Source of the DNA: Candidatus Aenigmatarchaeota archaeon
GTDB lineage: Archaea > Aenigmatarchaeota > Aenigmatarchaeia > QMZP01 > QMZT01
Length of the DNA stretch: 64,000 nucleotides
Direction: 5' to 3'
Assembly (NCBI GenBank): GCA_963726265.1
Contig: CAVSBQ010000002.1
Span: 672,001 to 736,000, forward strand
Under the pieces are notes generated by a model. That model searched no databases and was not told where the DNA came from. It was given only the letters and a program-made list of their open reading frames with translations. The first letter of the stretch is position 1; every line of letters begins with the position of its first letter. Of this stretch, positions 20,733 to 30,125 are shown piece by piece. The position numbers and the translations under genes are program-made.

Positions 20733-22526
20733 TTATCTCAGTTCCGCCTTCTTGAACTCCTTGGTCTTGCCTTTCCTCGTCGCCGCGCTTGAAAGCAGGC
20801 CCCATTCCTCTTCCGGCATTTCCATGAGGTCCTTGAGCGGCTCGAACCTGTGGTCCCTCATTATCGCTTCCTGGCGCCAGAAGTCCAGGCCGGTGAGCTT
20901 CAGGCCGAAATACTCTTCGGGCAGGTTCTCCGGAGGGACGTTCATTTCGAGGAATTTAGCGCACAGCTTTAGCGCGTCGACCGACTGGCGGAACGGGTCG
21001 TCGCCGCCTCCGCGCTCGAACCACAGGTAAACGTCGTAGCCCGGCTGCTTCCCGAAGCCCGTCGATCTGAGGAAATAGTTCAGCTTGTATATCTCCATGT
21101 CGCCCAGCTCTATGGGATAATGGGCATGCAGCGGATTCGGCGCATTGGAGTGGACGGAAAGCACGAACCTGCCGAAGTCGGGGGCGAGTTTCCCGAGCGT
21201 TTCTATCATTATTATGGGGTCGACGCCCTGGCCGGCGATGTGCTCCCAGTCTATGGTCATGAATATCCTGTCAGTCCTGATGGTTTTCCTGATGGTCTTT
21301 ATCGCGGCGTATATCTGCTTCGGATGCCACAGGATGTACTGGCCCGCGTATTTCGGATCTCTGGCATCGGGCATCTCTATGGTTATTTTCAGGTTCCTGG
21401 CGTTTTCCAGAAGCGTCCTCTTTTCCTCTTCCGAGCCCACTGGCAGCTGCCTGATTTCCTCGACCAGTTTACCGTTTATGAATTGCAGCGCGGCCTTCAT
21501 GTGGCCCTCGAGGAACTTCGCTCCGACTACGGCGTACCAGAATTCCTTGAACTGCCTGTCGTTCAGATCCTGCGCCTTTCTCCATGCCTCATCGAGCCAC
21601 CTGTCATCAGCATAGTTCATCTTGTATGGTGCAAGCACGTCCTTGTAGACCTCGCACATCGCAACCCATATCGGGTCCTTTGCATAAAACATGTGATGGG
21701 CCACTATGTCATACGCGTCAACATACTTGCCGTACGTGTCTATTTTCCATCTCCTGTCGTCTTGGTTGTCCTTGCCCATCTTTTCCTCGGCTGCCTTGCT
21801 AAGATATTCCCTATACAATCTTCCTTGGTCAGTTGCCACCTTGTAAGCAACTTCCTTTATTATTTGTTCTTCAACAGCCTTTGCCTTCTTTTCATTTTCC
21901 TTAAGACGCAGTTCAGGGTTTTTTTGGAGAGCTTCGTTCCATTTTTTGTCCTTCTCCCTGACTTCCATGAGGCGCACCTCGCTCATGGCCCTGCCCTCCG
22001 CCTCCTGTATTTCCTCCGCCCTCAGGATCTGGCCCACGTATTGCCTCTCGTATTCCCACATCTTCCACGCGAACCATTTTCTCAGCCTCGGATTATCATG
22101 AAGAACCTCGGAGACGAACCTGCCGTCGAAGTCGCACATGATGATTTCGAGCTTCGACGAGGTGTATGTTATCATCTCCAGCCAGAAGTGCAGGCACGCG
22201 TGGAACAGGACGTATTTGCAGCCCGAGAAAACCGCGGAGCGTATCGACTTCAGGACGTGCTCATGCGCATCTCGCCAGTCAGAGCGCTCGGGAATCTCGA
22301 AGGGCGTGGTCAGCGAGCCGTGGAAGCAGAGGTCGATGCCCTGCTTTTCCGCGAGGTCGCGTATCTCCTTGCCGATGGTGTAGTCGATTTCATGCGGCGT
22401 GTCGCCGGATATCTCAATGGAATTAGCACCTTTGGAAAGGGCATAGCCTATCTTCTTGAGCGACGTCGCCAGCTCCTCTGCCCTGGCAATATAATACAGA
22501 CCTGTGGTTACGCCAACTCTTATCAT
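20733..22526 (-). CDS. Xylose isomerase / AP endonuclease 2-like TIM-barrel protein with a large helical insertion
   Basis: Metal-ligand pattern FHG, FHA, TIEMP, TIDWEH, VHSN..HAH, WFERG. Confidence 0.7.
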   Translation of the reverse strand: MIRVGVTTGLYYIARAEELATSLKKIGYALSKGANSIEISGDTPHEIDYTIGKEIRDLAEKQGIDLCFHGSLTTPFEIPERSDWRDAHEHVLKSIRSAVFSGCKYVLFHACLHFWLEMITYTSSKLEIIMCDFDGRFVSEVLHDNPRLRKWFAWKMWEYERQYVGQILRAEEIQEAEGRAMSEVRLMEVREKDKKWNEALQKNPELRLKENEKKAKAVEEQIIKEVAYKVATDQGRLYREYLSKAAEEKMGKDNQDDRRWKIDTYGKYVDAYDIVAHHMFYAKDPIWVAMCEVYKDVLAPYKMNYADDRWLDEAWRKAQDLNDRQFKEFWYAVVGAKFLEGHMKAALQFINGKLVEEIRQLPVGSEEEKRTLLENARNLKITIEMPDARDPKYAGQYILWHPKQIYAAIKTIRKTIRTDRIFMTIDWEHIAGQGVDPIIMIETLGKLAPDFGRFVLSVHSNAPNPLHAHYPIELGDMEIYKLNYFLRSTGFGKQPGYDVYLWFERGGGDDPFRQSVDALKLCAKFLEMNVPPENLPEEYFGLKLTGLDFWRQEAIMRDHRFEPLKDLMEMPEEEWGLLSSAATRKGKTKEFKKAELR

Positions 22527-22547
22527 AAGTATATACCGCTTGACTTT

Positions 22548-24272
22548 TCACGGCCTCTGTCCGCTTATCCTGTAGGCGGTCTCCTTTATCAGCTCCCTGA
22601 GCTCCTCGATCTGGGCCCCGGAGTAGAGGCCGTATGTCTTCGAAATCCTTTCAGCAGAATTCAGCTCGTAAGGCCCTTCCTTCACGAAGAATCTGAGAAG
22701 CGGCTTCAGCACCTTCTTGAGACGCCTTCGCCTTTTCGTCCATCTGCCCTTCGACTCCTTCCAGGATTTTTTCCATCTCTCGGCAGCCTTTTTCTTCTCC
22801 GCCTTTTCATCATGCTTCCAGGGATAGCGCTCCTTCACCTTTTCCATCCACTTCTCTTCTTCCTTGCTCACGCCTATCAGCTTCTCGATCTCTTCCCTCA
22901 TCTTTATTCTCTTGCACTCGAGCTCAAGCAGTACGAAAAGCATGAAATTTTTAGAAACAAGGAACGGATGGAAGTGCCAGTACTGGTCCTCGACGACCAT
23001 GGGGCCGGTCGAGCCCTTCTTGTATTGGCACACGTAGTCGAGGTCGATGAAAAAATAATGCAGGAACCTTTCGTCGAGCTTCGGCGCGGGATACACCATC
23101 ATGATTTCGCTGCGTTTGCCGTAAAGGCGGCCGCCTTTCATGGAGCTTTCCATCACGCCTTTCACTTCCCTTTCCGTGAGTTCTATGTCGTATTTCGCCT
23201 CTAGCGCCACGATGTGCTCCTTCACCCAGTCGTCGAAGGTGGGTATCTCGCCCCAGCCCTGGAGTATGAGCGGCTTGCCCACTTCCTCCGGCCTTATGGG
23301 CTTCCAGAACCACAGCTTGGCGTTGACTTCCCCCTCGGGCGTGAACGACATTTTCAGGATGTCGGTCAGGTCGGAAGCGGCATCCTTTATTTCCGCCTCC
23401 TCCTTTATGCGCTTGAGCTTGTTGAGGTATGGCTTCAGCCATTCCCTGTATTCGTCGACCGACCTCCTCCTCGACTCGAGCAGGTTCTTTATCCTCGCAT
23501 AGCGCTCCCTCACGTCGGGGAAGAACAGCCTTTCCCATTCCTTGAACAGCTCGTTCTTCGTCTTCAGCACGTTCGCCTCGACGTTCGTGACACTCAGCTT
23601 TTCCCTTATGACCTTCGTGTCCGTCCATTCAGGCCTCATCTTAAGGAAATCGCCGATTATGGTGGGCCAGCGCTTCGTCATCGTGACCATCGAATAGCCC
23701 TCGCCCATGTACGCATCGACGCGGTCAATGAAAAGCGCGCGCAGGACGTGCTCGTCCTTCTTGCCCATCTCGAAATAATCAAGAATTTCGCGGTATTTCC
23801 TCTCGTCGTGCTTGAGCAGCTCGTAGTCCGCGACGGCCTGCGCCGCGGACGCGAGGCCCGCCTTCACGTGGCCTTCCAGGCGCTCTTTCTGAGCCAGCAT
23901 GGGAGCCAATGCAGGAGGAGCCACCGGCGTGACCAAGATGATCTCGTCCGCCTTCTCGACGTTATAATGCCATTTGGCCGTCCTGTATATGAAAACGTTG
24001 TATATTATTTCGGCCTGGCCTTCCAGAGCGACGTTGTTGAGGGAGACTGTCTGGTCTATGAGCGCGGGGTTGACGCAGACCTCGCCGTAAAGGCCTCCAT
24101 CCTTCCTCCCCTTATCCAGGAAATAGTCCACGACCGTGTCGTAGCCTTCGAGCTCCTTTTTCCAGCGGGCAAGCTCCCCTTTCCGTTTCTCCTCCGCTGC
24201 CATAGCCTTCGCCGCTTCCTTCTCTTCCCTTTCCATTTTTCTGAGCGGCTTTTCGAGTTCTGCTTCTGCCAT
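22548..24272 (-). CDS. Hypothetical protein, 574 aa, coiled-coil rich
   Basis: Long ORF with normal codon usage, co-oriented with the TIM-barrel gene; family not recognised. Confidence 0.8.
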   Translation of the reverse strand: MAEAELEKPLRKMEREEKEAAKAMAAEEKRKGELARWKKELEGYDTVVDYFLDKGRKDGGLYGEVCVNPALIDQTVSLNNVALEGQAEIIYNVFIYRTAKWHYNVEKADEIILVTPVAPPALAPMLAQKERLEGHVKAGLASAAQAVADYELLKHDERKYREILDYFEMGKKDEHVLRALFIDRVDAYMGEGYSMVTMTKRWPTIIGDFLKMRPEWTDTKVIREKLSVTNVEANVLKTKNELFKEWERLFFPDVRERYARIKNLLESRRRSVDEYREWLKPYLNKLKRIKEEAEIKDAASDLTDILKMSFTPEGEVNAKLWFWKPIRPEEVGKPLILQGWGEIPTFDDWVKEHIVALEAKYDIELTEREVKGVMESSMKGGRLYGKRSEIMMVYPAPKLDERFLHYFFIDLDYVCQYKKGSTGPMVVEDQYWHFHPFLVSKNFMLFVLLELECKRIKMREEIEKLIGVSKEEEKWMEKVKERYPWKHDEKAEKKKAAERWKKSWKESKGRWTKRRRRLKKVLKPLLRFFVKEGPYELNSAERISKTYGLYSGAQIEELRELIKETAYRISGQRP

Positions 24273-24311
24273 ACTATAATTATTTTGAACAGGAAAAGAT
24301 AAAAGTATTTT

Positions 24312-24527
24312 TCACGGGCTGAACAGCAAAAAGAAGCCCACTATGGCCGACACCAGCCCTATTACGATGCCGGCCAGGCCGAAGCTCGTCTTGGGCGCGC
24401 TCCTGTCTCCCGCCTCCTGGTGGCCAATTATGCCCGGGAAAAAAATGACCAGAAAAACGCCGGCGGCAATCAGCAGGCCACCGAAAATTTTGGAAACAAG
24501 CCACCATATCATGCAGAACACCGCCAA
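24312..24527 (-). CDS. Small two-TM membrane protein
   Basis: Two hydrophobic helices; heads the 24527-20733 minus-strand run. Confidence 0.6.
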   Translation of the reverse strand: MAVFCMIWWLVSKIFGGLLIAAGVFLVIFFPGIIGHQEAGDRSAPKTSFGLAGIVIGLVSAIVGFFLLFSP

Positions 24528-24586
24528 ATGACAGGCATATCAATTTATAATTTTGTTCGCTGAAAATATAAATAGGAAGGTGCTTT

Positions 24587-25105
24587 ATGCCGCAGTTCGC
24601 TAGGACCAAGCTGCTCATACAGGAGGATTGCTACAGGGAGCGGCCGGAAAGGATAACCATAAACTACGTGGGACCGAACCCCATAAAATTATATTACAAA
24701 TTATACGAGCTGATGAAGGCTATTTTCAGGGCCGCGGACTCCGACATACAGGAGGAAAAATACAGCTGGGGAAAAGGAGAAAAGGAGAGATTCAAGGTGC
24801 GCTGGTACGTGCACAAGGACCTCGATGCTTACACGTATCTTTACATAAGGGTCGACGTAACCGGCTACGGCGACGAGAAGGCCGGCAATGCCGAAATCAG
24901 GGTAAAGCCCGTCATGAGGACCGAGTATCCGCAGGACACCATATGGCAGCGCTCGCTTTTCTACGAGATGCTCCGCGTTTTCTGGCACAGGTCTTTCTAC
25001 TACAGAAAGAGAGAGGATTACGCCGAAGACTGCAGGAACATGGTTTCTATATTCAACAGGAACGTGCACGAATTTCTGAGGCAGCTCAGGGAAGAGAGCG
25101 GGTAG
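24587..25105 (+). CDS. Hypothetical protein (paralog of 25115..25615)
   Basis: Intact ORF with AGGTG RBS-like site; shares motifs with the next gene. Confidence 0.75.
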   Translation: MPQFARTKLLIQEDCYRERPERITINYVGPNPIKLYYKLYELMKAIFRAADSDIQEEKYSWGKGEKERFKVRWYVHKDLDAYTYLYIRVDVTGYGDEKAGNAEIRVKPVMRTEYPQDTIWQRSLFYEMLRVFWHRSFYYRKREDYAEDCRNMVSIFNRNVHEFLRQLREESG

Positions 25106-25114
25106 CCCGGTGGT

Positions 25115-25615
25115 GTGATGGGAAAGTTTGCAGTTGAGGACGATTGTTTTGCCCCAAGGCGCAACAGGTGGATAGACTACAGTGGATCCGATCCCCTGGC
25201 ATGGACCAGGGAGGCGACGGCGATATTGCGCTCCGTATGGGAGGTCACGACCACAGGCACAGGAGAACCGCGCTGGATGTGGGACTGGACGGGCGACCCG
25301 ATACAGATGTATTACAACAGGATTGCGGTCCACAACAGGACCACGGGAAGATTTTCGAAAATAATCCTCAGCGTGAAGATGGTCGGCTTCAAGGCCAAGG
25401 CGAAGAACGAGGGGACGTTCAAGATGGAGATAGAGCCGGTCGTCAGGCACGAGTTCAGGGGCAACAAGTTCGTGATGTTCATGTGGTGGATTTACTGGCA
25501 CGCTTTCTACAACACGATCAGACAGGGCATGATAGAGAGATGCAGGGCCATGGCAGAGAAGTTCATGGCCGTCATAAAGAACATATACAGCCTGGGATCG
25601 ATAGAGGAAGAATAG
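25115..25615 (+). CDS. Hypothetical protein (paralog of 24587..25105)
   Basis: Intact ORF; EDDC..P, EIEPVVRHEF and WHAFY..R....ERCR match the neighbour. Confidence 0.75.
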   Translation: MMGKFAVEDDCFAPRRNRWIDYSGSDPLAWTREATAILRSVWEVTTTGTGEPRWMWDWTGDPIQMYYNRIAVHNRTTGRFSKIILSVKMVGFKAKAKNEGTFKMEIEPVVRHEFRGNKFVMFMWWIYWHAFYNTIRQGMIERCRAMAEKFMAVIKNIYSLGSIEEE

Positions 25616-25670
25616 AATACCCATTTATGATAAGCATAACATTTTTAAGTAACGGTAAGAATAAGCTTAC

Positions 25671-26324
25671 ATGAAGGTCGCCTGGCTCGACGTGATGACG
25701 GAACTCGCCAGGCGCAGGACCCGCGTCACGACGCTTGAGCTTGCCAAAAGGCTCGACTCCTCCCAGCAGACTATTTCAAGGAAAATCAGGGAGCTCGAGA
25801 AGGCAGGCCTGATCGAGAGGACGCTTTCGAAGGGCCAGTTCATAACGTTCACGGACGAGGGAAGACAATTCATGAGAAAAAAATATCTCGAGCTCAAAGC
25901 CATAATGGAGCGGCCTGAAAGCGAGGCCGTCGCGTTCGCCGGCGCAGTCGTTTCCGGCTCAGGCGAAGGGAAATACTATATCGGCCAGGACGAATATTTT
26001 CTGCAGTTCCACGAGAGGCTCGGCTTCCGCCCGTTTCTGGGCACGCTCAACGTCCGCCTCAAGAGCGTGCATGACATCAGGGCAAAGAGCGAGATGGAGA
26101 AGATGAAACATATCATTGTCCACGGTTTCAGAAGGGAAAGCAGGGCTTTCGGGGACATACGATGCTATCCGTGCGTTGTAAACAGAAAGGTAAAGGGGGC
26201 CATAATAATACCGGTGAGGACGCACCACCCTTCGGACGTCGTCGAAGTCATAGCGCCCGTTGACCTGAGAAAGGCCCTGGCCCTCAGGGACAACGATCAC
26301 GTTCACCTGGAGATAAGGGTTTGA
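25671..26324 (+). CDS. ribK: CTP-dependent riboflavin kinase with N-terminal HTH (RbkR-type)
   Basis: SQQTISRKIRELE HTH; VVSGSGEGKYY, PFLGTLN, RTHHP..VVEVIAP. Confidence 0.92.
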   Translation: MKVAWLDVMTELARRRTRVTTLELAKRLDSSQQTISRKIRELEKAGLIERTLSKGQFITFTDEGRQFMRKKYLELKAIMERPESEAVAFAGAVVSGSGEGKYYIGQDEYFLQFHERLGFRPFLGTLNVRLKSVHDIRAKSEMEKMKHIIVHGFRRESRAFGDIRCYPCVVNRKVKGAIIIPVRTHHPSDVVEVIAPVDLRKALALRDNDHVHLEIRV

Positions 26325-26341
26325 AGCTTATCGGGATTTTT

Positions 26342-27289
26342 ATGTTCAAGCCAGACAAGAAAACATTTTCCATGCCCGTGCTCGGAGCGATAGCCATAGC
26401 CTTTGCGGCCGCGCTCTGGGGAGTTGACGGCGTGCTGCTGAGGCCGACGCTTTACCATCTCGACGTCGCGGTGGTCGTGTTCCTCGAGCATGCCATAGCG
26501 TTCTGCTACATGGCATTCCTGCTGGTCATTGAAAGAGATGAGCTCAGGAAGCTGAAGCCCAGGGACTGGGGCTCTTTCGCGTGGGTGGGCCTTTTCGGCG
26601 GCGCGATAGGGACGATGGCAATAACCTCGGCGCTCTTCTTCGTCGACTTCATCCAGCTCTCGGCCGTCATCATACTGCAGAAGATGCAGCCCGTTTTCGC
26701 GATAGCGCTTGCCGCGCTCGTGCTCAGGGAAAAGCCGAAAAAGAACTTTTTCCTATGGGCTGCCGTCGCGCTCATGGGCAGCTATTTCGTGACCTTCGGC
26801 TTTGAGCAGCCGGTTTTCAGCGCCGAGAACAAGATGCTCGTGGCAGCCGCGCTTTCGTTGCTGGCGGCGTTCGCCTTCGGCTCCTCGACGACCTTCAGCA
26901 AGAGAGCGATACAGAAGGTCAATTTCCGCGTGGGGACGTATCTCAGGTTCGGCATCACCACGCTGATAATGTTCCTGATAATAATTTCAACCGGCAGAAT
27001 ATCGAACATCACCGCCGTCGCGCCGGCCAATTATCTGACGCTCCTGCTCATCGCTTTCTCGACGGGCGGCGTCGCAATATTCATTTATTATTACGGCCTG
27101 AAGCGCGTGAGCGCCTCGAAATCGACGATATACGAGTTGACGTTCCCGGCGACCGCGATAGTCCTTGAATTTATCATCCGCGGCAAAACGCTCTCCATTG
27201 GGCAGTGGCTGGGAACAGCGATATTGCTTCTGGCAATCTACAGGATAGTCTCTGCCAAGGTCGAAAGCCAGCCCACCCAGTTCGAGTAA
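26342..27289 (+). CDS. EamA/DMT-family transporter
   Basis: About 10 TM helices in two EamA repeats (LQKMQPVFA..LREK; YYYGLKRV.AS). Confidence 0.88.
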   Translation: MFKPDKKTFSMPVLGAIAIAFAAALWGVDGVLLRPTLYHLDVAVVVFLEHAIAFCYMAFLLVIERDELRKLKPRDWGSFAWVGLFGGAIGTMAITSALFFVDFIQLSAVIILQKMQPVFAIALAALVLREKPKKNFFLWAAVALMGSYFVTFGFEQPVFSAENKMLVAAALSLLAAFAFGSSTTFSKRAIQKVNFRVGTYLRFGITTLIMFLIIISTGRISNITAVAPANYLTLLLIAFSTGGVAIFIYYYGLKRVSASKSTIYELTFPATAIVLEFIIRGKTLSIGQWLGTAILLLAIYRIVSAKVESQPTQFE

Positions 27290-27319
27290 CGAGGCAGCAG
27301 GACCGGTCAGAATGAAAAC

Positions 27320-29089
27320 TTAATTCGAGTAGTAATACTGACCAGCATCCTTTTGTTCGCTGTCCTTCTGCGAATCCGGCTTGTTCGCCCTGGCGCGGCC
27401 GGTCTGCGGGTCGCGGCGGAAGGTCACGTCAAGCGTTTTAAGAAAAGCGTTCATGCCGTCCTTCAGCGACGACGGCGCTTTACCTGTGCCGCACACGCCG
27501 CGCTCGCCATCGAAAACCATTATTCTGTCTGCTACGGAGTCGATGAGCTGGAGGTCATGGTCGACGACGAACGCCGACGTTTCGCGACCTTCAACGTGCG
27601 CCCTTATGAGCTTCGCCACGCGCAGGCGCTGCTCGACGTCGAGGAAGGCGGACGGCTCGTCCAGAAGCAGGATGTCGTGCTCCCGTCCCAGCGCACAGAT
27701 GATGAACACCGCCTGCAATTCGCCGCCGGAAAGCATTTTCATGTTTTTCTCAAGGTTTTTTTCAAGCCCGAGCAGGCTTATGATTTTTTTGAATTCGCTG
27801 TCCTCGAGCTTCCCGCCGATCTCGGCTTTGATGTATGCGCGGACTTCGCTGTCGCTTCCGATCACGAGCCTTTGCGGCTTGTAGGAAAGCGCCATTTTCG
27901 CGGCCTCACCCCTGTCCGGCTTAAGCTCGCCGGCGAGCATGCGTATGAACGTCGTCTTGCCGATGCCGTTCGGCCCGAGGATGCCTATGACCTCGCCTTT
28001 GTTTATTTCGCCTGGCTCTGTTTCAAGCCTGAAATTTTCGAAGGCCTTCCTGAAGCCGCCGAATTTGAGGAACAGGCGGTCCTTGCTCGCCTGGCGCGCT
28101 GTCCTGGGGAAGATGAGCGGCTTGTCGCGGAAGCGGACGTTCTCCTCCCTTATGAAACCATCCAGATACGTGTTTATGCCCACGCGGACGCCGTAAGGAT
28201 TGGAAACGACGCCAAACACCCCTGGTCTGCCGTATAGTATGTGCACGTGGTCGCTCAGGTAATCGAGTATCGCCAGGTCGTGCTCGACGACCATGACTTC
28301 GCGCGTCTTGGACAGCTCGCGTATTGCCTTCGCGACCAGCAGGCGCTGCTTCACGTCGAGATAGCTGGACGGCTCGTCGAAAAAATAGAAGTCATGCTCC
28401 TTTGAGAGCACCGCAGCGACTGCAAGCAGCTGGAGTTCTCCGCCTGAAAGCGTTTTCACTTCCTTGTCAAGCATTTCCCGCATACCCAGCCTTTCGACGG
28501 TTTTTTCATAACCTCCATGTTTTTTCAGCAGATTCTTAACGTCGCCTTTCCACTTCTCCGGAATCAGGTCGACATGCTGCGGCTTGTAGCCGATGGACAT
28601 CCCCCCTTTTGACAGGCGCTCAAGGTAAGCCTGCAGCTCGGTCCCCTTGAATTTTTCTATTATATTTTCCCATGAGACACTCCCTCTGAAAATGCCGGTG
28701 TTGGGTCTTATGTTTCCTGAAAGGATGTTAAGCACGGTAGTCTTGCCCACGCCGTTCGGGCCGATAAGGCCGACGACCATGTTCCTTCGCGGTATCGGAA
28801 GCTTGTAGAGGGCGAACTGGTTTTTGCCGTAGCGGTGGATTGGGTCTTCCTCCAGTTCCTTGGGCAGGTTGACGACAGAAATCGCGTTGAACCCGGCCTT
28901 TTCGCAGGCCTTCACGCAGAGGCCGCAGCCGATGCAGAGCTCCTCGTTGAAGACCGGAAAGCCGCTCTCGTCCCTGACTATGCACTCCTCGCCTGACCTG
29001 TTTATGGGACACATCTTCATGCACTTGTAGCCGCAGTTCTGGAACCTGCACAGCTCCCTGTCATGCACGACTATCCTTTTTTTGCCCAT
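27320..29089 (-). CDS. rli: Ribosome recycling ATPase ABCE1/RLI
   Basis: N-terminal Fe-S domain (CIGCGLC); two NBDs with GPNGxGKT and LSGGELQ; TFRRD hinge. Confidence 0.96.
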   Translation of the reverse strand: MGKKRIVVHDRELCRFQNCGYKCMKMCPINRSGEECIVRDESGFPVFNEELCIGCGLCVKACEKAGFNAISVVNLPKELEEDPIHRYGKNQFALYKLPIPRRNMVVGLIGPNGVGKTTVLNILSGNIRPNTGIFRGSVSWENIIEKFKGTELQAYLERLSKGGMSIGYKPQHVDLIPEKWKGDVKNLLKKHGGYEKTVERLGMREMLDKEVKTLSGGELQLLAVAAVLSKEHDFYFFDEPSSYLDVKQRLLVAKAIRELSKTREVMVVEHDLAILDYLSDHVHILYGRPGVFGVVSNPYGVRVGINTYLDGFIREENVRFRDKPLIFPRTARQASKDRLFLKFGGFRKAFENFRLETEPGEINKGEVIGILGPNGIGKTTFIRMLAGELKPDRGEAAKMALSYKPQRLVIGSDSEVRAYIKAEIGGKLEDSEFKKIISLLGLEKNLEKNMKMLSGGELQAVFIICALGREHDILLLDEPSAFLDVEQRLRVAKLIRAHVEGRETSAFVVDHDLQLIDSVADRIMVFDGERGVCGTGKAPSSLKDGMNAFLKTLDVTFRRDPQTGRARANKPDSQKDSEQKDAGQYYYSN

Positions 29090-29102
29090 CAGAACACCAT
29101 GT

Positions 29103-29603
29103 TTATTCTCTGGTCAGGACAGATGCCTTGCCGAACATCAGCCTTACGATTTCCGCGAAAGACGCCTCGGGAATCGGGGCGGCTCTGCCTGCGGGTATTA
29201 TGACTTTCAGGACCTCTTCGCCTTCCCTGTAGAGCACGTTGATGCCGATTACGGGAACTGGTTGCAGCAGGTTCTGCATGAATTCCTTCACATCGCCGGA
29301 TTCCTCAATTATCCTCACGTTCTTGCCGGTGAGCTTCGAAAGCTTTCTGGCGAGCATGCCTTCCCTGCCCATGAGCTTTGCGACGTCGCCTTTGCCGCAT
29401 ACGACCACTATCAGGGTTTTCCCTTCCACGACCCTCTTTATCGCGACGTCGTTGAGCGGCCCGAAGTCCCTGGCAGCCTCGCTTATGAGTCGCGATATTT
29501 TCACGTCGTTTTCGCTGATTTTGCCTTCGTCCAGCTTCCTCATGCATGCTATGCAGAGCATGTCGGAATTCAGGCAGATGCCGCAGATAGGAGCTTTCAT
29601 CAC
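29103..29603 (-). CDS. Archaeal NusA-like KH-domain protein with N-terminal Zn motif
   Basis: PICGIC...LCIAC, then LMGREG..ARKLSK.TGKNVRIIE. Confidence 0.75.
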   Translation of the reverse strand: MMKAPICGICLNSDMLCIACMRKLDEGKISENDVKISRLISEAARDFGPLNDVAIKRVVEGKTLIVVVCGKGDVAKLMGREGMLARKLSKLTGKNVRIIEESGDVKEFMQNLLQPVPVIGINVLYREGEEVLKVIIPAGRAAPIPEASFAEIVRLMFGKASVLTRE

Positions 29604-29651
29604 ATCACCATAAAACGTATTGAAGCAGATTCGCTTTGAGTTTATATTTTA

Positions 29652-30041
29652 TTAAAGGGCTTTAAATTTCGAAGCCAGCTTTGTCCCCAGGGCCGCCCCG
29701 CAAAAAGCGCCCAGCGCATCCATCGCCCAGTCGAGCGCATCCGCGGTCCGCGTCGGCACGAAAAGCTGTATGGTTTCGCATGTCAAGCCCACAAGCGACC
29801 CGACCGCGAGGGGCAAAATTAACGTGAATAAAAATTTCCTTCTCCCGGCGAAATGCCCGAAGAGCCGGCTGAGCAAAAAGCCGTAGACTCCATAAGCCAC
29901 GAAATGCTCAAGGTCCCCGGGCCGCAGCGGCGCGCCCGTCCTCGCGAATTCCATCGACGGCAGGAATGAGAACCAGACGAGGGCGATGGTTTCGGCTGCT
30001 GCCAGCAAAAGATAAAAATAAAATTTCCTGCCGTAAGACAT
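29652..30041 (-). CDS. VanZ-family membrane protein
   Basis: HFVAYGVYG, ETIQLFVPTRTA..D. Confidence 0.85.
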   Translation of the reverse strand: MSYGRKFYFYLLLAAAETIALVWFSFLPSMEFARTGAPLRPGDLEHFVAYGVYGFLLSRLFGHFAGRRKFLFTLILPLAVGSLVGLTCETIQLFVPTRTADALDWAMDALGAFCGAALGTKLASKFKAL

Positions 30042-30125
30042 AGTTTCGTAATTGATTTTGCAATTTATAAAAATATAAAAGTTTACATGTCCGAAACGGG
30101 TTCGTATGCTTTAGCCATTATTTAG

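Noticed and set aside
21120..23204. 694-aa plus-strand ORF and many similar long ORFs (e.g. 472..1281, 14035..14940, 23214..24302, 27353..28237)
   Set aside because: They lie antisense to well-supported genes and have no recognisable motifs; these are shadow ORFs caused by codon bias.
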